Positions 1 through 14,056 of a DNA stretch of 64,000 nt are shown here, piece after piece; within the stretch, counting starts at the first letter, position 1; the number at the start of each line of letters is the position of its first letter. Under the pieces are notes generated by a model. That model did no database searches, had not been told where the DNA came from, and worked only from the letters and a program-made list of their open reading frames with translations. This DNA comes from Takakia lepidozioides (Eukaryota; Plantae; Bryophyta): NCBI GenBank assembly GCA_030704615.1, contig CM060733.1, forward strand, positions 17,856,001 through 17,920,000. The letters are read 5' to 3'. Made by a program: the position numbers and the translations under genes.

Positions 1-124
1 ATGACAATGCCCCGACAAATTTTGTCTTCTATGGCAGCATTAGGTTTCATTTCTGGATATGACACCCAAATCTTGGGACAAGAACAGGGCAGGCATGGGA
101 AAACCATGCTCATACTGGCCTTAC

Positions 125-1085
125 CTGCAGCGTGCTCTCCCTGATTGGCATGGTCTCGGGTTCTCCATAAGTGGCACAGGTGCTGGAATAAATGAGCGTG
201 TTTATGTCATGCTTAACCATGGCTTCCAACAATGTCAAGGTATTTGAAGTGATATTGTGGTAATATCTGTATCAAGTTAAACACCATATTTGATGTGTTA
301 GTGACGAGGAATTCGACTACATGCTCTCTGAAATCCCATGGTATTATTTGCACATTGGCTGAAGCTGGCACGGGGTAGAGATTCTGGAACTTCGTGCTCT
401 GAGACAAGTACTTGCGACAACCATACTATTTGCACATTTACTGAAACTGGTGCAGGGAAAAACTCTGCTATTTTCTACATGCGGGACAATTACTTCCAGA
501 GGTGCAAAAACCTAGCATAGTATCGACGGCCTTAGTGAATGTAGGCTTTTGCTAAGCTGGAATCACTCTGGCACAAAAAAAGTACTTTCCTCTTATGGAG
601 AGCAGGCTCAATCATCTACTACAAAGTCAGCTATGCTTACAACTTCGAATGACTTAGACTCAGATTCTACTTATGCCAAACTAAATCTGTATTACATTAC
701 TTTTGGGCAGTCACTAGTAATCAGGGACCACTGATGCATCATGATTAGTTGTCATGTATCTCATTTCAGGATCAGTGCTTGTTTGCAATGGCAAACCAGA
801 CAGGATAAAATATTCCAGTCATTTGTGACAAACCCATGTGCTTAGCAGAGGAGTGATAGAAGGGATCTGTGGTAAGGACTAGTGAACATACTAGGATGAT
901 ACCGAACTGATAAACATTAAGTTCCAACTCACCGAAGGGGCTCAGCCATACTCTCTCCAACATAAGCCACAGCTGCAAAATGCATGACTGCATCTATAGC
1001 ATTCTTGCTGAACATTTCATGAACCTGTATAGTATCAGTCAAGGAAAACATTCTCTCTCACCTTTTGACCATAAAAACGGGCAAC

Positions 1086-1117
<32 letters not shown>

Positions 1118-3489
1118 AACATTCCCGCTCAAACTGGCCGCGGGGTCAATGGCCACAAGGCTACGGCAAACAACGTCTTATGAGTACAATCTCTCTCTCT
1201 AACATCCTGGGCTTTAGGTAACTTCCAGGAAGATTCACTTTCTATAACCTGGAATTTTTTGAACTACTGGGAAGATCACACAGCACATTGATGCTTGTGT
1301 GAAGGGATTTCTAGAGGAAATCTGGAAAGCAAAGCACGAACAAATTGAGGTTAGTCCCACTCCTTGAGTGAGCCCCTCACAAAGGTAATGTCTGTTCCCT
1401 CTTGTTCCACCCCAAACTGGGCACCGGGTCTATCACCACAAAGCTACGGCAAACAATGTCTTGTGAGAACTTTCTCTCACCTTCGCTCAAATATATGAAT
1501 GACAGTCAATCCCAGCCACATTTGCATGCTAGAGGACTACAATCAACCTCACACTGTGACAAAGGATGCCAATGCCAACTTATAAATCAAGCAGTCAAAT
1601 ACCTATGGTCGGACTGCTGTAGGCTCCGGAAATTTTTTGAGTTGAGTTTTACGTACCCTGGTGGTCTGAAACCTCATAACCAGCTTCAGGGCTTAGAATC
1701 CCCCAGGAACCATGCCCGTCAGGTCCGCCGTCAATAGCCAGAGTGGTCATGAGAAGATTCTCTATATCTACATCTCCCCCTCCTCTCTCTCTTTACATCT
1801 CCAAGGGCTATCAAATGTGCACAGCTCTCAATAAGTGCACTTCTCCTATAATCCTGTGTATTCATGAGCATGGGAATGAAACAAGTGGGGATACAGCCTT
1901 GCTGTCACCAAGGTCGAGAAAGAGAAACTGCAGCCGGCCTGCCTCTGGGAACAAGCGCCGCAACACATCAACAGCTCCCATATTACCTCTTGACAAGTTA
2001 TCCTGCAGTCCATGCATCCGAAAATTGCCGGCTAATCATTAGTGACTGTTGATACTGCGTGCCTCAAAAAAACTATAGAGCACTCATAAAACGACTATGT
2101 TGGTCCTCCTTCAAACACGATGAGCTATCTTTATTTCTAGTTTCTTAATCCTTCTATACAGCTACTGGAGAATCAACACAAGCAAAGCTTGTTGATATTG
2201 AATCAAATAATCAAATAGCAAAGTATCAAATAGTGATGCCAAACATCTACAGGGCTAAGATGAATACGGAAAGGTTTGGTAACAACCACTATGGTGACGC
2301 GATGGCCATCCTCTAGTAGGCGCAGCGCTGCATGTGATCCAATGTAACCTGCTCCCCCTGTCACCAACACGTGCATCACACCATCTTCATGGCGTGAAAA
2401 CTGCATGCCATGGAAACTTTTGTCAGCCTCTCCTGAAATATCAAGAACAAAAAGGTGATGGTACTCGTGAATCAGGGAGGTAAAGAGAGAAAGGTGGTCT
2501 GTGTATGTGAGAAATGTTACCACATCAAAAATCTCAACTGATCTTCATACTTATGCCTTTCCAAAATAATGGTTCACTGAATTGGCACTACCAATGGCCC
2601 CAGTCTCAACAATTAAATCCAGTGCAATTACAATCTGTAGCACCCACAGCTTTCATACTGTCTGAAATGCCCTCCTACCCTAGAATTCCCACAGCAGGTG
2701 TGGAACCCACAGTTTCGTTAGGATGGGTTCAAAGGGAGAATACCATATCCATGCTGGCAGCAACAGATGACTGTCGCAGGATGAACATGCACAGGGCTGT
2801 TAACGATGCAATAAGCATAACCTTAATCACCAGTTGCGACTGTGGCCGGGACACCCCGTGAACCATTCCTGCAATTCCATAGATCTCCCAATATAAAATT
2901 CGCATCATCACCCTTCAAGTTTGATCTTGACAGGCAGGATCTTGATCTCTCAATAGAAAAAATACTTACAGTGACTGTCCATTGCAGAGATCATCACCGA
3001 CAACTAATAAAAAGGGCATACTCGGCACCTGCATGTGAGAAATCAACGTGCCAGCAAAAGAAACATTCATATAAGGACGTGACCCTGACTAATATTAGAT
3101 CTGTAACGGTTCAAGTAGAGATTTGCTAAGTAGACAATATGTACATAAAACTTTAAGGGAACAGGTTCAAATTGAATTAATCTTTAGTAGCAGATTGCCC
3201 AGAGTATGTCGATAGTGGTCACACCAGTGGCCCGATTATAGGGCCAATAACCCCTGCGACACTGTTCAGAGAACATGCAACCCATCCTCCACATCTCAAG
3301 AATTAAAAGAAGGAATTTTTTACGTTCGGGAAACGCTCACAAATGGCTTTCGGACGTCAGGATCACAGGGACCTAATACAGCATACAAGACACTTCGAGA
3401 ATCAAAGACCAGCATGAATTACCTGCAAAGGTCCAGGATCTCGCGAGCCTTGGGGGATTCCGGCGCCGATGAACGGGAGATCCTGGCAT
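125..3489 (-). CDS. UDP-arabinose 4-epimerase (MUR4/UXE-like), 3' part outside window; coding exons 3489-3423, 2868-2744, 2400-2287, 2002-1895, 1024-933, 266-125
   Basis: Spliced translation [46 protein letters not shown] (TM anchor)[36 protein letters not shown]..[46 protein letters not shown] matches plant MUR4; all junctions are GT-AG and keep frame. Confidence 0.93.
1089..1117. repeat. (CT)n microsatellite in intron
   Basis: Direct read of the TC dinucleotide run. Confidence 0.95.
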
Positions 3490-4454
3490 ATCCAAAGCGC
3501 CTGCGCACCCCTGCAACGTCCCTGCTTGGCGACCGCTCAGGGTCGAGGTAAAGGCATAAGGCTCCTCAAGCATAAGCTTTACAAATGAATTAGGTGTTTT
3601 TTCCCAGAGGGATCACAGGTACAATATCTGGCGGCAGCTGCATTTTCTCATGAGTCCGCAAGCTGGATTGTCGGGTACCGAGGACGTGCAAATCTCTCCG
3701 TCGGTGCGGGAGGTAGATAAAGTCTAATCTCAAACGAAAAACACAATCTATGAAAAAGTTACACCACTCCCGTACACGATAGAAGGCCTATCAAACGCCA
3801 AGGTCTGTGAAGAAAAACTAAAAAGGGATTTCCTGGGCACGGAACGCTGCCGAATGAGAGAGAAGACAGAGTAAAATCTACAGACACAGAGCAAGTATGG
3901 AGATGGCGAGAGCGAGAGAGTCTCGAGAGAGAGACATAGCACTTGGAAGATTCTTGCACGTTTTGGGTGTAGGAGGCGTGAAAAATGGAACAGGACCCGC
4001 AAGTAAGAAACCCAAACCAGAATACCTGCAGTGATGCAGAGCATGTAACCTCCCTGCCAAAATCTTGCAAGAAGAAGAGAGAGAGGCAGGGCAGCAAAAC
4101 GGACACCCAAAGATGGCCACACCTTGAGGCGTGAGCGCACCCGGGCTTAACGCGCCCTCACCGTCACGCGGCCACCCGCTTTTCCAGAGGCATGTTTAGG
4201 CCGGGTGCTTCGGTCAACTTATTCACTTGGATCTCAGCGCGTGACGCTCACTGCCCTCCCTTGTCTTATTCATTTCCTCTCTAAATTCTCTTATTACTCT
4301 GCCTCTGATTAGCAATCTGATCAGTGATTACATCACCACTCCTTTTTTTTTTCTTTTTTTCTTTTCTTTTTTTCTCATGGGTGGATGCCTTTGAGGGTTG
4401 CCAGGCTAACCTAATGCTACTTGCGCATGGATGCAAAATCATCAAATGGGTTTA

Positions 4455-4790
4455 TTATGGTGGACAGTGGGCCGGACTTGTCACCAACCCATGCGCAGAC
4501 GAGAAATGCGCAGCATGGATTCGTTTTAGGGTGCGCGAGGTTGAGTAAGCTTGGGTTGAAACTCGGATATATGGTCGACGGTGAGTGGGACTTGTCACCC
4601 ACCCATGCACGGATGAGGAATGCGCAGCATGGATTTGTTTTAGGGTACTCAAGGTAGGGTAAGCTTTTACACATTGGGTTGAAATGTTGAAACTTGGATA
4701 TATAGTGGACGGTGAGCCGGACTTGTCACCCAGCCAAGGTAGGGTGAGCTTGAACTACACCTTGGGTTCAAACTTGGATAGATTCCGTGT
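4455..4790. repeat. About three degenerate tandem copies of a ~110-130 bp unit
   Basis: Recurring GGACTTGTCACC, ATGCGCAGCATGGATT..TTTTAGGGT and TTGGGTTGAAACT.GGATATA blocks. Confidence 0.8.
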
Positions 4791-7109
4791 GATGATGTGA
4801 CATTGGATATAATTGCGACGAAGACATATTGGTCTACCTTAACCCTCTAGAGAGAGAGAAGACTCCGGCCACACAGCCGGCGTAACTAAGAGCCACTTCG
4901 CCTTGCGGGTATTGCCCCTTTTTTAACCCTCTATTTTTGGTTGTGCATATGGTACTTTGAAGTTTGGTTGCGTGCATGTTCTTTTGTAATTGCAAACTCT
5001 GAAATGTCCTCTAATCCGTCAATTAGGACGACAATTACAACTTTAAAATGCCAATTAGGACGACAATTACAACCCCAATTTTGTGGACAGGTTAGTACAG
5101 CTAATGCATGCAAAGCAGCCCAGGTGCTACATGATGACTGCTGCACTGCATGGGCCTGCAGAGAGAGGTAGAGGGTGGCATATGAGTGGGGTGAGTAAAG
5201 AAAGCAAAAGGTTGTGACAAGCAGGGCTTATTATGGGAAGGTCCTTGCCTCTTTTTGTATACACCCTGCCCTCATCATTGCTCTCTATCACCCTCTCTCC
5301 AAACCCTTGCCCCTCTCAACATTCAGCAGACTGCTGACAAACATACTATGGACTTACTACCTGCACAATCCAAGGGGACACCTGCCGGGTGGCAACTTCG
5401 CCAACTACTCATCTGCCATGAATTATGTACAATCTTCCGGCAGGTGTTCCAAAATTTTGAAAAGGTTTGAGCTTGAGACTGCTTGAGTGGGAGTGTTGGG
5501 CTTACTTAGGGAAGAAAATGTACAGTGATGTAAAGTAAGGGAGGAAGGAACAGTGGTGGTGGGATTGAGAGTAGTAAAGAGTGTAACGTGTAGACTAGGA
5601 CGTTGGGTTGTTGAGCAGGCACTAGCAACATGCCTGCATGCCCGGATCTGAGCTGCTGTCGTGCTCCCATGCTGCTTGCTCAAGCTACAGTGCGGCAGCC
5701 CCTCTACGTGACGGCGCTCGTGGGATCATGGAACGTGCGATAGCGGTGAGCGAGAGACGGAGAGAAAGGAAAGCTTGGATTTGTGGTGAAGGTACTGAGG
5801 AGTCCGTGACCAGGGAATTGCACAGAGGACGAAAGCTTGCTCCGCGATTTGGAAGGGAAAGCTGTGCGGACCTTTTAGTGGGTTTGCAGAGGATTTTGAA
5901 AGAGTGGTGTTTTCAAGTGATACAAAGACTGTTTGCAGCGAGATGTCTACCTAGTCACCCATGACCACCGTTGTCAAGGTGGCACCAGGTTCTCGCCTCT
6001 AGAGCTCTCTTTCCGACAATGGCCCAAGATTCGAGGGACCCGTGTTATTCCACAAAGATCAGAAACTAGAGAAGTGCTATTACAAACTTTGAAAGGAACT
6101 GTCGGATAAGTAATGCATCAAATTGCGTTTAGTGCACGATGGTGTGTCGAAAGCGCCTTTCACTGTCACCATTCCCCAGTGCGTACTTCAAAGTTGAAAC
6201 ATCATCACTTCAGCGGTGTGCATCATGCCCCCATTTGGTGTACTATAGTGCGCCCATCTTCACTCCCACCTTTACGCGCGACTGATGCTGATATTTTCTG
6301 ATATTGGTGAGCTTAGCAACTGGAGACTGTTCCGTACTAAAACTTGGCGTAACATAAGGGCTGTTCACACTGCACTGCAGCAGCCCAGCAGCCGACTTAA
6401 TCTGTCGCTTGCTGTCCTTTTTGCCCTAGCATTCACACAGGGTTGTTCAACAGATGCACTTTTCAACACACTGCACGACACAGACCGTCAGTGCTTCAGA
6501 ATGTGGCACAGTATGCTATACGAGTACCATTTTGACGACTACTCCCGTTGACTGACAACGGCAGTCTAATGTCAGCTGCTGTTTTCTTGAATCGAAATAA
6601 CCGAAAGTTCTTAACTACATATACCAATTGCCAATGACTTCGCAAGTTTCACCTTCAAGATCATCGACCCGCCATATAGGCTAGCATAAGCCCATCACAC
6701 AAATGGGTTAGCTGCAGTGTAGCAACGGCAAACTCGCTAGATTGTCTCAAGACCTCAGACTACGCAGTTTAAACTCTAAGTGCCAAACAATCCGGAAGTC
6801 TACCGCATGCACCTCTCTCCACAGTCTCCAGGCATTCGAAAGCTCAGCTAGTGAAATACCAGATTTCTCGAAACCACCGAGCTTTTTGACCTCGCAAGCA
6901 CCAGTTTCACATATGAAGATGATTCCAACTAGACCACAGGCAGCCTGGCAGTGATTTTACAGGAGAGAGGAGACATTGAAGATGTTCAGATCTGGTCCGG
7001 CCAAGCTTGAAAACCAGCGAGATTTGTTGCTGAAGCCCACGATTGAATCCAAGCACCGATCAGTCGATCGTTCGTTCGATCGTTCCTGTTCTCGTGGGCC
7101 TGACAGGCA

Positions 7110-7252
7110 GAACGTGGGGGGCCAGGCCAGCTTGGCGGAAACACGTGTCAGGTAACTGCATAGACGCGTGTCACAAATCATGGCAGTTCTGGTCGTAAAA
7201 TTATATCAACACGTGGCGGAAAAATGGAACTATTGTCATATGCCACGTGTCA
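7110..7252 (+). promoter_or_regulatory. ABRE/G-box/CE3 cluster upstream of the USP gene
   Basis: ACACGTGTC (7141), GACGCGTGTC (CE3-like, ~7163), ACACGTGGC (~7209) and GCCACGTGTC (~7242), 230-340 bp upstream of ATG 7478. Confidence 0.7.
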
Positions 7253-7477
7253 AAACATTGTCTGGACTCGTCGTTCTTGTCGTCATTGTCATATTACTAC
7301 ATGAAGTCGTCTTGTTTCTTGTATCCAATCGATCGCTTTCGCAATATCTCAAGAATTCACAGGAACAAAGAGATCTCAAGAATTCACAGGAGCGTGTTCT
7401 TTTTGTCATCCAGTTGACAGAGCTATATTGCTTCTTCCCGATCCACATTTTGGTAGAAACCTGCAAGAAGTGAAGAA

Positions 7478-10400
7478 ATGGCGACAGAGCGAAAGATAGT
7501 GATGGCGGTGGATGATTCAGAAGCGTCTGCGTATGCCTTCACTTGGGCCCTGCATAATTTGGTTCGAAAATCAGACCATGTCGTGGTGCTGACAGCGACG
7601 CCTGCCCTGACTCAACTGGGGTATCCGTCCGCAGACATTGCCAGCGGTACTGAATGTTATGACCCCCCCCCTTCGATGTGTGTATTGGTAGATGCCTCTT
7701 TGAACTTCTTTCAGTCCAATGTCTCAATGCTTTAGTATTCTTTACTGTATGTTCTCCTTTTATGTCCTTTCATGAGCAGATTTTGCTAGGTTTTGGTTCT
7801 TTCTGTTGGAGGGTAAATCTTTTTCAGAGGTGAGGAACGGGAATGTAGCAAATGGGTGCAGAAATATGCGATAGTTGAAATGAAATTGTAAGTGGAAACA
7901 TTGTATCAACCGTAGCTAGAGAGACCCATCATTTGGTAAATTGCAGTTTCGTGAGAGAATGGATGGGGTGGTCCAGAGTATGGAGTGACGATGGTGCCAT
8001 CAGTAAAGGAGGTCGAAGATGCGGAGAAGAGTGTGATTGAGGACTCGAATTCCCTTATTACCAAGTACTGTCAGCTATGCGCCCAGTCTGGTGTAAGTTG
8101 TCCCAGCTCTCTGAGCTTTCCTTCTGTGAAATGAGGCCCAGATGGTTTGCTTAACATGCTATATTTCACAAGTTCTACAACAAGGTGGGGGGGTTTCAAT
8201 AGTTGTAGTCGAGGAAAATTTGAAGGGGTGTGAGGTATGTATATCAGTATATTTTATACTAAAGAAAACCTCTAATGTCCATCTTTTGCTGATGAAAGAC
8301 ATGTCCACAGATCAAATGTGAGGGGGAGGTGGTGACGGGCGAGCCTGGAAGCTGGATCATAGAGGAGGCTGAGCGTGTCTCTGCTGATGTGATTGTTGTT
8401 GGCAGCCACGCCCACGGTATAATTAAACGGTACAGTTTTACTCCAACTTATTCGTGGAACCTTAAGCATCTCCACCTGAATGTGATCTGTCTGACAAGAT
8501 TGTTAATGAAAACTGGGTGATAAGTGGGAGGCTTATTGGTGTCATATGAGCTCTCATAGACCGCCACACTGTTAAGGAGCAGATTGTTTAGCAGTAGTCA
8601 GATGGAGCACTTATCCGACATCTAAACTGGTTGAGCTACCATACTGCACCTTTGTGTTTGTTCTAACCCAAAATGTGCCTAACCTAAGCGAATGATTTCT
8701 CTTCTGAGGACATATTGTACCAGGTGCAGGACTGAATTGCACTCAGACCCTTCTGTTAGGGTTTCTGAGCCTGGAACTCACCTGGTTGAATCTTTGAACC
8801 CACTTCTCTCTCTCTCTCCCTCTACCTGCAGTTCTGCCGGGTTATGGATTGATGATTGCCACTCTCATCTGATTTGTGTTGACACTTGAGATCTTTCACA
8901 CCCTTTTGGCAAAAAACTCTCCCAAGAACATTTCTACTATTACAGATTTGTGTTGACACCTGATGATAGGAGTGGTGAAACTGCATATATTTTACACCCT
9001 TTGGTAAAAAGTTTCTCCTAAGAACATGCTTCACTGTTGCAAGTGCAGGACCTTTCTGGGCAGCAAGAGTGATTATGTCCTGCATAATGCAAAATGCCCT
9101 GTTGCAATTGTGCGACACACAGATGCCTTGGAAGTGCATGACCCACTCATATCTTCCAGACTCACTCGAAAAATTGTAATTGCCGTTGATGAGTCACGTG
9201 AGGTACGCCCTGTCCTGTCTCATGGCTGATCGTGTGTCTCTCATATGGCCAGATAATGGAAGTGACTAGATGGGTTGATTGGGGGGAGGGGGATGGGCGA
9301 AAACGCGAGAACTGAGAGGGAGGCTGCACAAAGAGCTGATTAATAAGAGGGTTGATGTGTCTATTGTTGGGCAGGCAGTGTATGCATTCAGGTGGGCAAT
9401 AGAGAACTTCTGCAACGAGGATGACAAGGTCATCATCTACCATGTGCACCAGTCCGTCATGGCCCCCATCACCACCATTGGCACTGGTATATATCCTTGC
9501 TTTCTATCTTTTCTCACTGTTCTCTTTCTCAAAAGTACTCTGGTCTTCTTTACAGCCTTTGAGCTCGTGGACTCTACCCAAAGGACCATTCTGCTTGAGG
9601 ACTAATCTTAGGTTCAAACTCTCTTCTCCCATAACTGCGTATGATGGTGGGCAGCCAGTACATATCGGAGCATGGGTCCTCCTTTGAGCATGGGCTCTCT
9701 TTGAAAGCATAGTCAAGAATGACACAACTCTTAGGTTTGAGACAATGCCCCAAGCTATGGTTGATGCTATGGCCAACTGAGAATACATAAAGAACCCTTG
9801 TAGAGTGTGTCCAGTGGTCCTTGTAGAGCAGCCCCACTAATGTAGTAATAAGGTTGTGGCCCTTCTCTCCTGCTGTGCACCTGCATCGCAAAGCAAAAGT
9901 AGCTTTCCTGATGGATGTGTGGTAGTGATGCTTTTTGTGTCACCTGCTGGACCTGCTGTGGAGTTAGCAGGAGCCTCTCTATCTATCCCTCTGGTTCACA
10001 GTCTGTCTTACCATTTCAGTTCATTTCTCCTGCTACTCTCCTCTCCTCTTCTCTACGATGAAATGCTTCCAAAACTGGTTTCCTGTTTTCTTTCACGTCT
10101 CGGTGAGAAAGGTAAGTACATATAGCCCAGTTCACATTGTGAACTGATTGAACTGCCCACCTGCTAGCAAGAGGGAAAGGGCCTGCAAGGTTGGGGAGGT
10201 CTTTCTACTGCCATGGTCTTCAATAAAGGAGCTCTTTCCGACTTCCCATCCACCTCTCATCCTGCAGCACATCGAAAGAGGAGAGAAGAAATGTGTCATG
10301 CAGTACACATACATGACATTTGGTTAGGTGCCATTGTCCTGAAATGAGACAGGATTTGGCAATCACTAACTTCAACTGGCTTCAAAGTATCATTGATGGG

Positions 10401-11178
10401 AATCTGCATCTGAAACTAATACTAGTTGGCATTAATTTTCTTCTGGGAACAGGGGAATTTGGAATGGAAGAGGTGTACGTGCCGCCTGATGTCACAGCAC
10501 ATGAGGAGGTGGAGGCACTGAGCGAGAGTGAGAAGCTGGTCGAAAAGTACATGGAATATGTAGCCAAAGCAACGAAGGTATCTCCGCTCTCCTATCTCTA
10601 AAATAATTTCACTCACTGTTTGAGCCAAGGCAGGTTTGTGAAATCCAATGCAATTTTCCAATCAGAAACTAATATAAAACAGAGGTGAATGCCTATGTAG
10701 AAGTGATGATTTACTTACATCTTACTAGTGCAGATACAGTGCGAGGGGATGGTGGTCACCGGACAGACAGAGGAAAAGGTCTGTGAAGGTTTAATCAACC
10801 TGGACGCTGACGCAGTTGTTATTGGCACTCATGATCGGGGCACTCTTGCCAGGTATTTGCATCCAAACTTCCTCCCAGACGGAAGGTTCAGCTAGTGTAG
10901 CGAAAGCATACCATCCTCACAATATTTGCATGTAAATACAACAGAAAATCTTTCTTATGCTAAGTGAGTAGACAAGTGAAGATATGAAAGTTTTAATTCA
11001 GTTTAGGACTTCAACTAGCTATCAACTGACAAACCACTTTGAATGTGGCAGGAATTTTCTGGGAAGTGTGAGTGACTATATGTCACACAACAGTCCATGT
11101 CCACTCATTGTTGCAAAGATGCCCAAAGACTATGCTGATGACAAGCAAAAACCTGTCTCTCATGAACATGCCCCCTAA
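7478..11178 (+). CDS. Universal stress protein (UspA family) with two tandem USP domains; exons 7478-7646, 7977-8092, 8311-8429, 9049-9202, 9375-9486, 10453-10577, 10734-10852, 11052-11178
   Basis: RKIVMAVDDSEAS.YAFTWAL..ADVIVVGSHAHGIIKRTFLGSKSDYVLHNAKCPVAIVR, then RKIVIAVDESRE..YAFRWAIEN..ADAVVIGTHDRGTLARNFLGSVSDYMSHNSPCPLIVAK; GT-AG introns in frame. Confidence 0.92.
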
Positions 11179-11320
11179 ACAGGAAGAGAGTACCCCAGGA
11201 GCAAGGCTATACACAAATGATAGTACCAGTGGGCCTGTCCCCCATCAACATGACCCCTAAACAGGAAGAGTCAACCAGGAGCAAGGCTATACACAAACGA
11301 TATCACCTGTAGGCCTGTCA
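11158..11320. repeat. ~82-bp tandem duplication spanning the USP stop codon and 3' UTR
   Basis: CATG.CCCCTAAACAGGAAGAG..CCAGGAGCAAGGCTATACACAAA.GATA..GGCCTGTC occurs twice. Confidence 0.85.
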
Positions 11321-11365
11321 AAGCCATGAGTTCAGTTGTAATTAGAGGCAACCTTCAGAGTTATT

Positions 11366-14056
11366 TCATGTTCAAATCAATTGTTCATACTACATTGATG
11401 TGAAATTACCTTTCCATGTACCAATAATTTTTGGAAATGAGTACAACCTCATTGTATTCTTCAGAATAAAGCCAGCAGGCTGTCATTTTGTATGATTGTG
11501 GACAGTGATTGATGTTAAACAGAGGCATTTCAAACTTCTGAATTTGATACACTGAAATGTTGCATAGCCCATTTGTGTGTTGAAAAAACGCGGCGCTTGG
11601 TGGTGCAATATGACAAACCCTTCAATCCTGGCTATCAAATTGCTCTTGGTATTGTAGCAGAGGTACTGAAATCAGTCAATGTTCCTTAGTGTTGAATTTT
11701 CACCACTGTATTCACTTCAGTGGAAAATGCTGTCCTTGCAAACGCGTCTGGCAGAAAAGGAGTAGGGGTCAGGCTGATAGGAGGAGAGCAGAATGGGGTC
11801 CAGCTCATATATGCTAGGCTGGTCCAGACAATGGAACTAGTCAGACAAATGAAGGACTCCACCATAATATTGATATGCTTTGCGTATTCACTCAGAATCT
11901 AGACCCAATGAGGGTTTTGCCTTTGTCCATCTCTTTCAGCTAAGTTTGGGCACTGGACAACATCCTAGCTGACCATCTTCTCCCCTCCTCCTCTACTCTA
12001 AGACTTTTCACTTAGTTCAAGGGGCTTTTTCTCTCTATATTTCTTTATCCCTACTGTATGCTTTTGAGCTTGAGAGTGACCCTCTTCAGGACAATCAAGA
12101 ACATTCTCGGCACCTCTGTTCACCAACTTCCAATATCTTGAGGCTGAGCCTAAAGCCCTGGCCCTGTTGAGGTCTTATCAAGATGCTTTCTAATCTGTCA
12201 AAATGGAGGCCCCCAAAGGCCAGAAGAAGAAAGCCTGATGCGTAGTGTATTTTAGTAGTTTCCTGTGAATGATCCACATGATGCTGCAGAGGGATTGTCA
12301 GTGAATTTATTTGCAATAAATGTTGCATCCAAGCTACAAGCTGATGGAATTCAAACTGGCACACCTATTGATACTCGAGTGAGGTTATGCAGGCAGAAAT
12401 CCATCATTGTAGCCTATGGTTTGGATGCAAGGTTGGGGAAGGCATGGAGCTGACAGTGATTGATGTGAATCCCATCTGCAGAAGTTGGCAGGATGGGACA
12501 GCAATTGAGTTTCAGAAATTACAACTACTTGGTGAGGTCTAGTACATTATTTTCAGATTCTTTTGCCATGAAATGTTACCAGTCTTTATGGAAGTGATTC
12601 AGGAATTAGTAAACTTAAACAGGTCGGTGAGATTCGCCTTTCTCCAAGTTTTGGCGCAAAAGTACGTCATGTATCGTTTTAGATAGCCCATCAACATGAT
12701 AATCTCTAGCGAAAAACTCTGTTCTGAAGTATGTGCAAATACTTCTGAGAATCAATCAGGGGTTTCATTCTCTTGCCTTTGCTTTTGCAATGTGTGGTCT
12801 ACCACAGTTTTCTTCCAATGTGTGTGTGTATGTATGTGCACATGAATCGGTCCCAAAAATCCAGATTTCATGCAATGATCCAGTATAATGATATTTAGGT
12901 AGTACTCAAATCCCATGGATTCCAAAACTCTTCAGTACTTGCAGCAACAAACATCTGATGGTTTCAGTACATGTAAGCCAACGTTTTATATATTCATGTG
13001 CACTAACACAGATTACATATCACACCTTCAACCATGCATTCCAAATGGTGATCCCCCACCCACCACACGGACAGGCCTGGCGATGGGGTGGAGGAGATGA
13101 GAAGTCCTCTGATTATTTTACTCCAGGGGCTAGAAATCTGGGTGAAAATACCGGAAACCCACTTCGCCAAAAGCACAAGGATTTGAGAGTGAGGGTCAAT
13201 GATACCTAGACCACCATTTTTTTTGGGCACAGATCTGACATTGTATTGGAACAGCAGGCATTGCACCCAGAGGAAATTAGATACAAGGCATTTAATCTCC
13301 TTAAAAGAATGTGGGAACCTGGGGACCAGACAGAGGCCATGAACCATGTAGAAGCAAGCATAACTTGGTTTGATAAGTGGCTTCAACGAGTTCCAAACTG
13401 TTCAAACTACACTACATCTGTTCCTAAAATCTGGCCAAAGCCCATTTAAACAACACTGCAGGGAGTGAATGACATCTGTTCCCAAAATCTGGTCAAGGGA
13501 AGAGCAGGGGTTGTACTGCAGGGTTGAATTATCCACATTTGCACTCCCAACTGTGATTTAGTGCAAGAAACATGTTTCCCTCATTCTCACTGGAAAGTTA
13601 TCTCAAATGAAAAATACATGTGTAACTGAAAACCACATGTCTCTCATGTTCAAATCAATTGTTCATACTCCATTGATGTGAAACCACCTTTCCATGTACC
13701 AACAATTTTTGGAAATGAGTACAACTTCATTGTACTTTTCAGGATAAAGCCAACAGGCTATCATTTGTATGATCGGGAACAGTGATTGATGTTAAACAGA
13801 GGCATTTCAAACTTCTGAATTTGATACACCAAAATGTTGCATAGCCCATTGGTGTGTTACAAAACCCTACACATTAAAACTACACTACATCCAACCCTGA
13901 AAACCATAAAAAACCCTAAAATATGGTCAAGGGAAGAGCAGGGTTGTGCTGCAGGGTTGAATTATCCATTGTAATGCAGTGCAGTAGACATGTTTCCCTC
14001 ATTCTCACTGGATAGCTATGTCAAACATGAAAATTACATGTGGAACTAAAAACCAC
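11366..14056. repeat. Local duplication of the 3' intergenic region (X 11366-11588 = 13644-13864; Y ~13485-13636 = ~13918-14056), first copy interrupted
   Basis: TCATGTTCAAATCAATTGTTCATACT...GTTGCATAGCCCATT and GGTCAAGGGAAGAGCAGGG...AAAACCACA each present twice. Confidence 0.85.
11600..13450 (-). mobile_element. Degenerate L1-type LINE ORF2 3' remnant
   Basis: ORF 13003-13386 contains FLW..SVPKKNGGLGIIDPHSQILVLLAKWV..SPWSKII, the typical post-RT motif of plant L1; boundaries approximate. Confidence 0.6.

Noticed and set aside
4838-4935. TTAACCCT motifs resembling further piggyBac left ends
   Set aside because: No matching right TIR found nearby.
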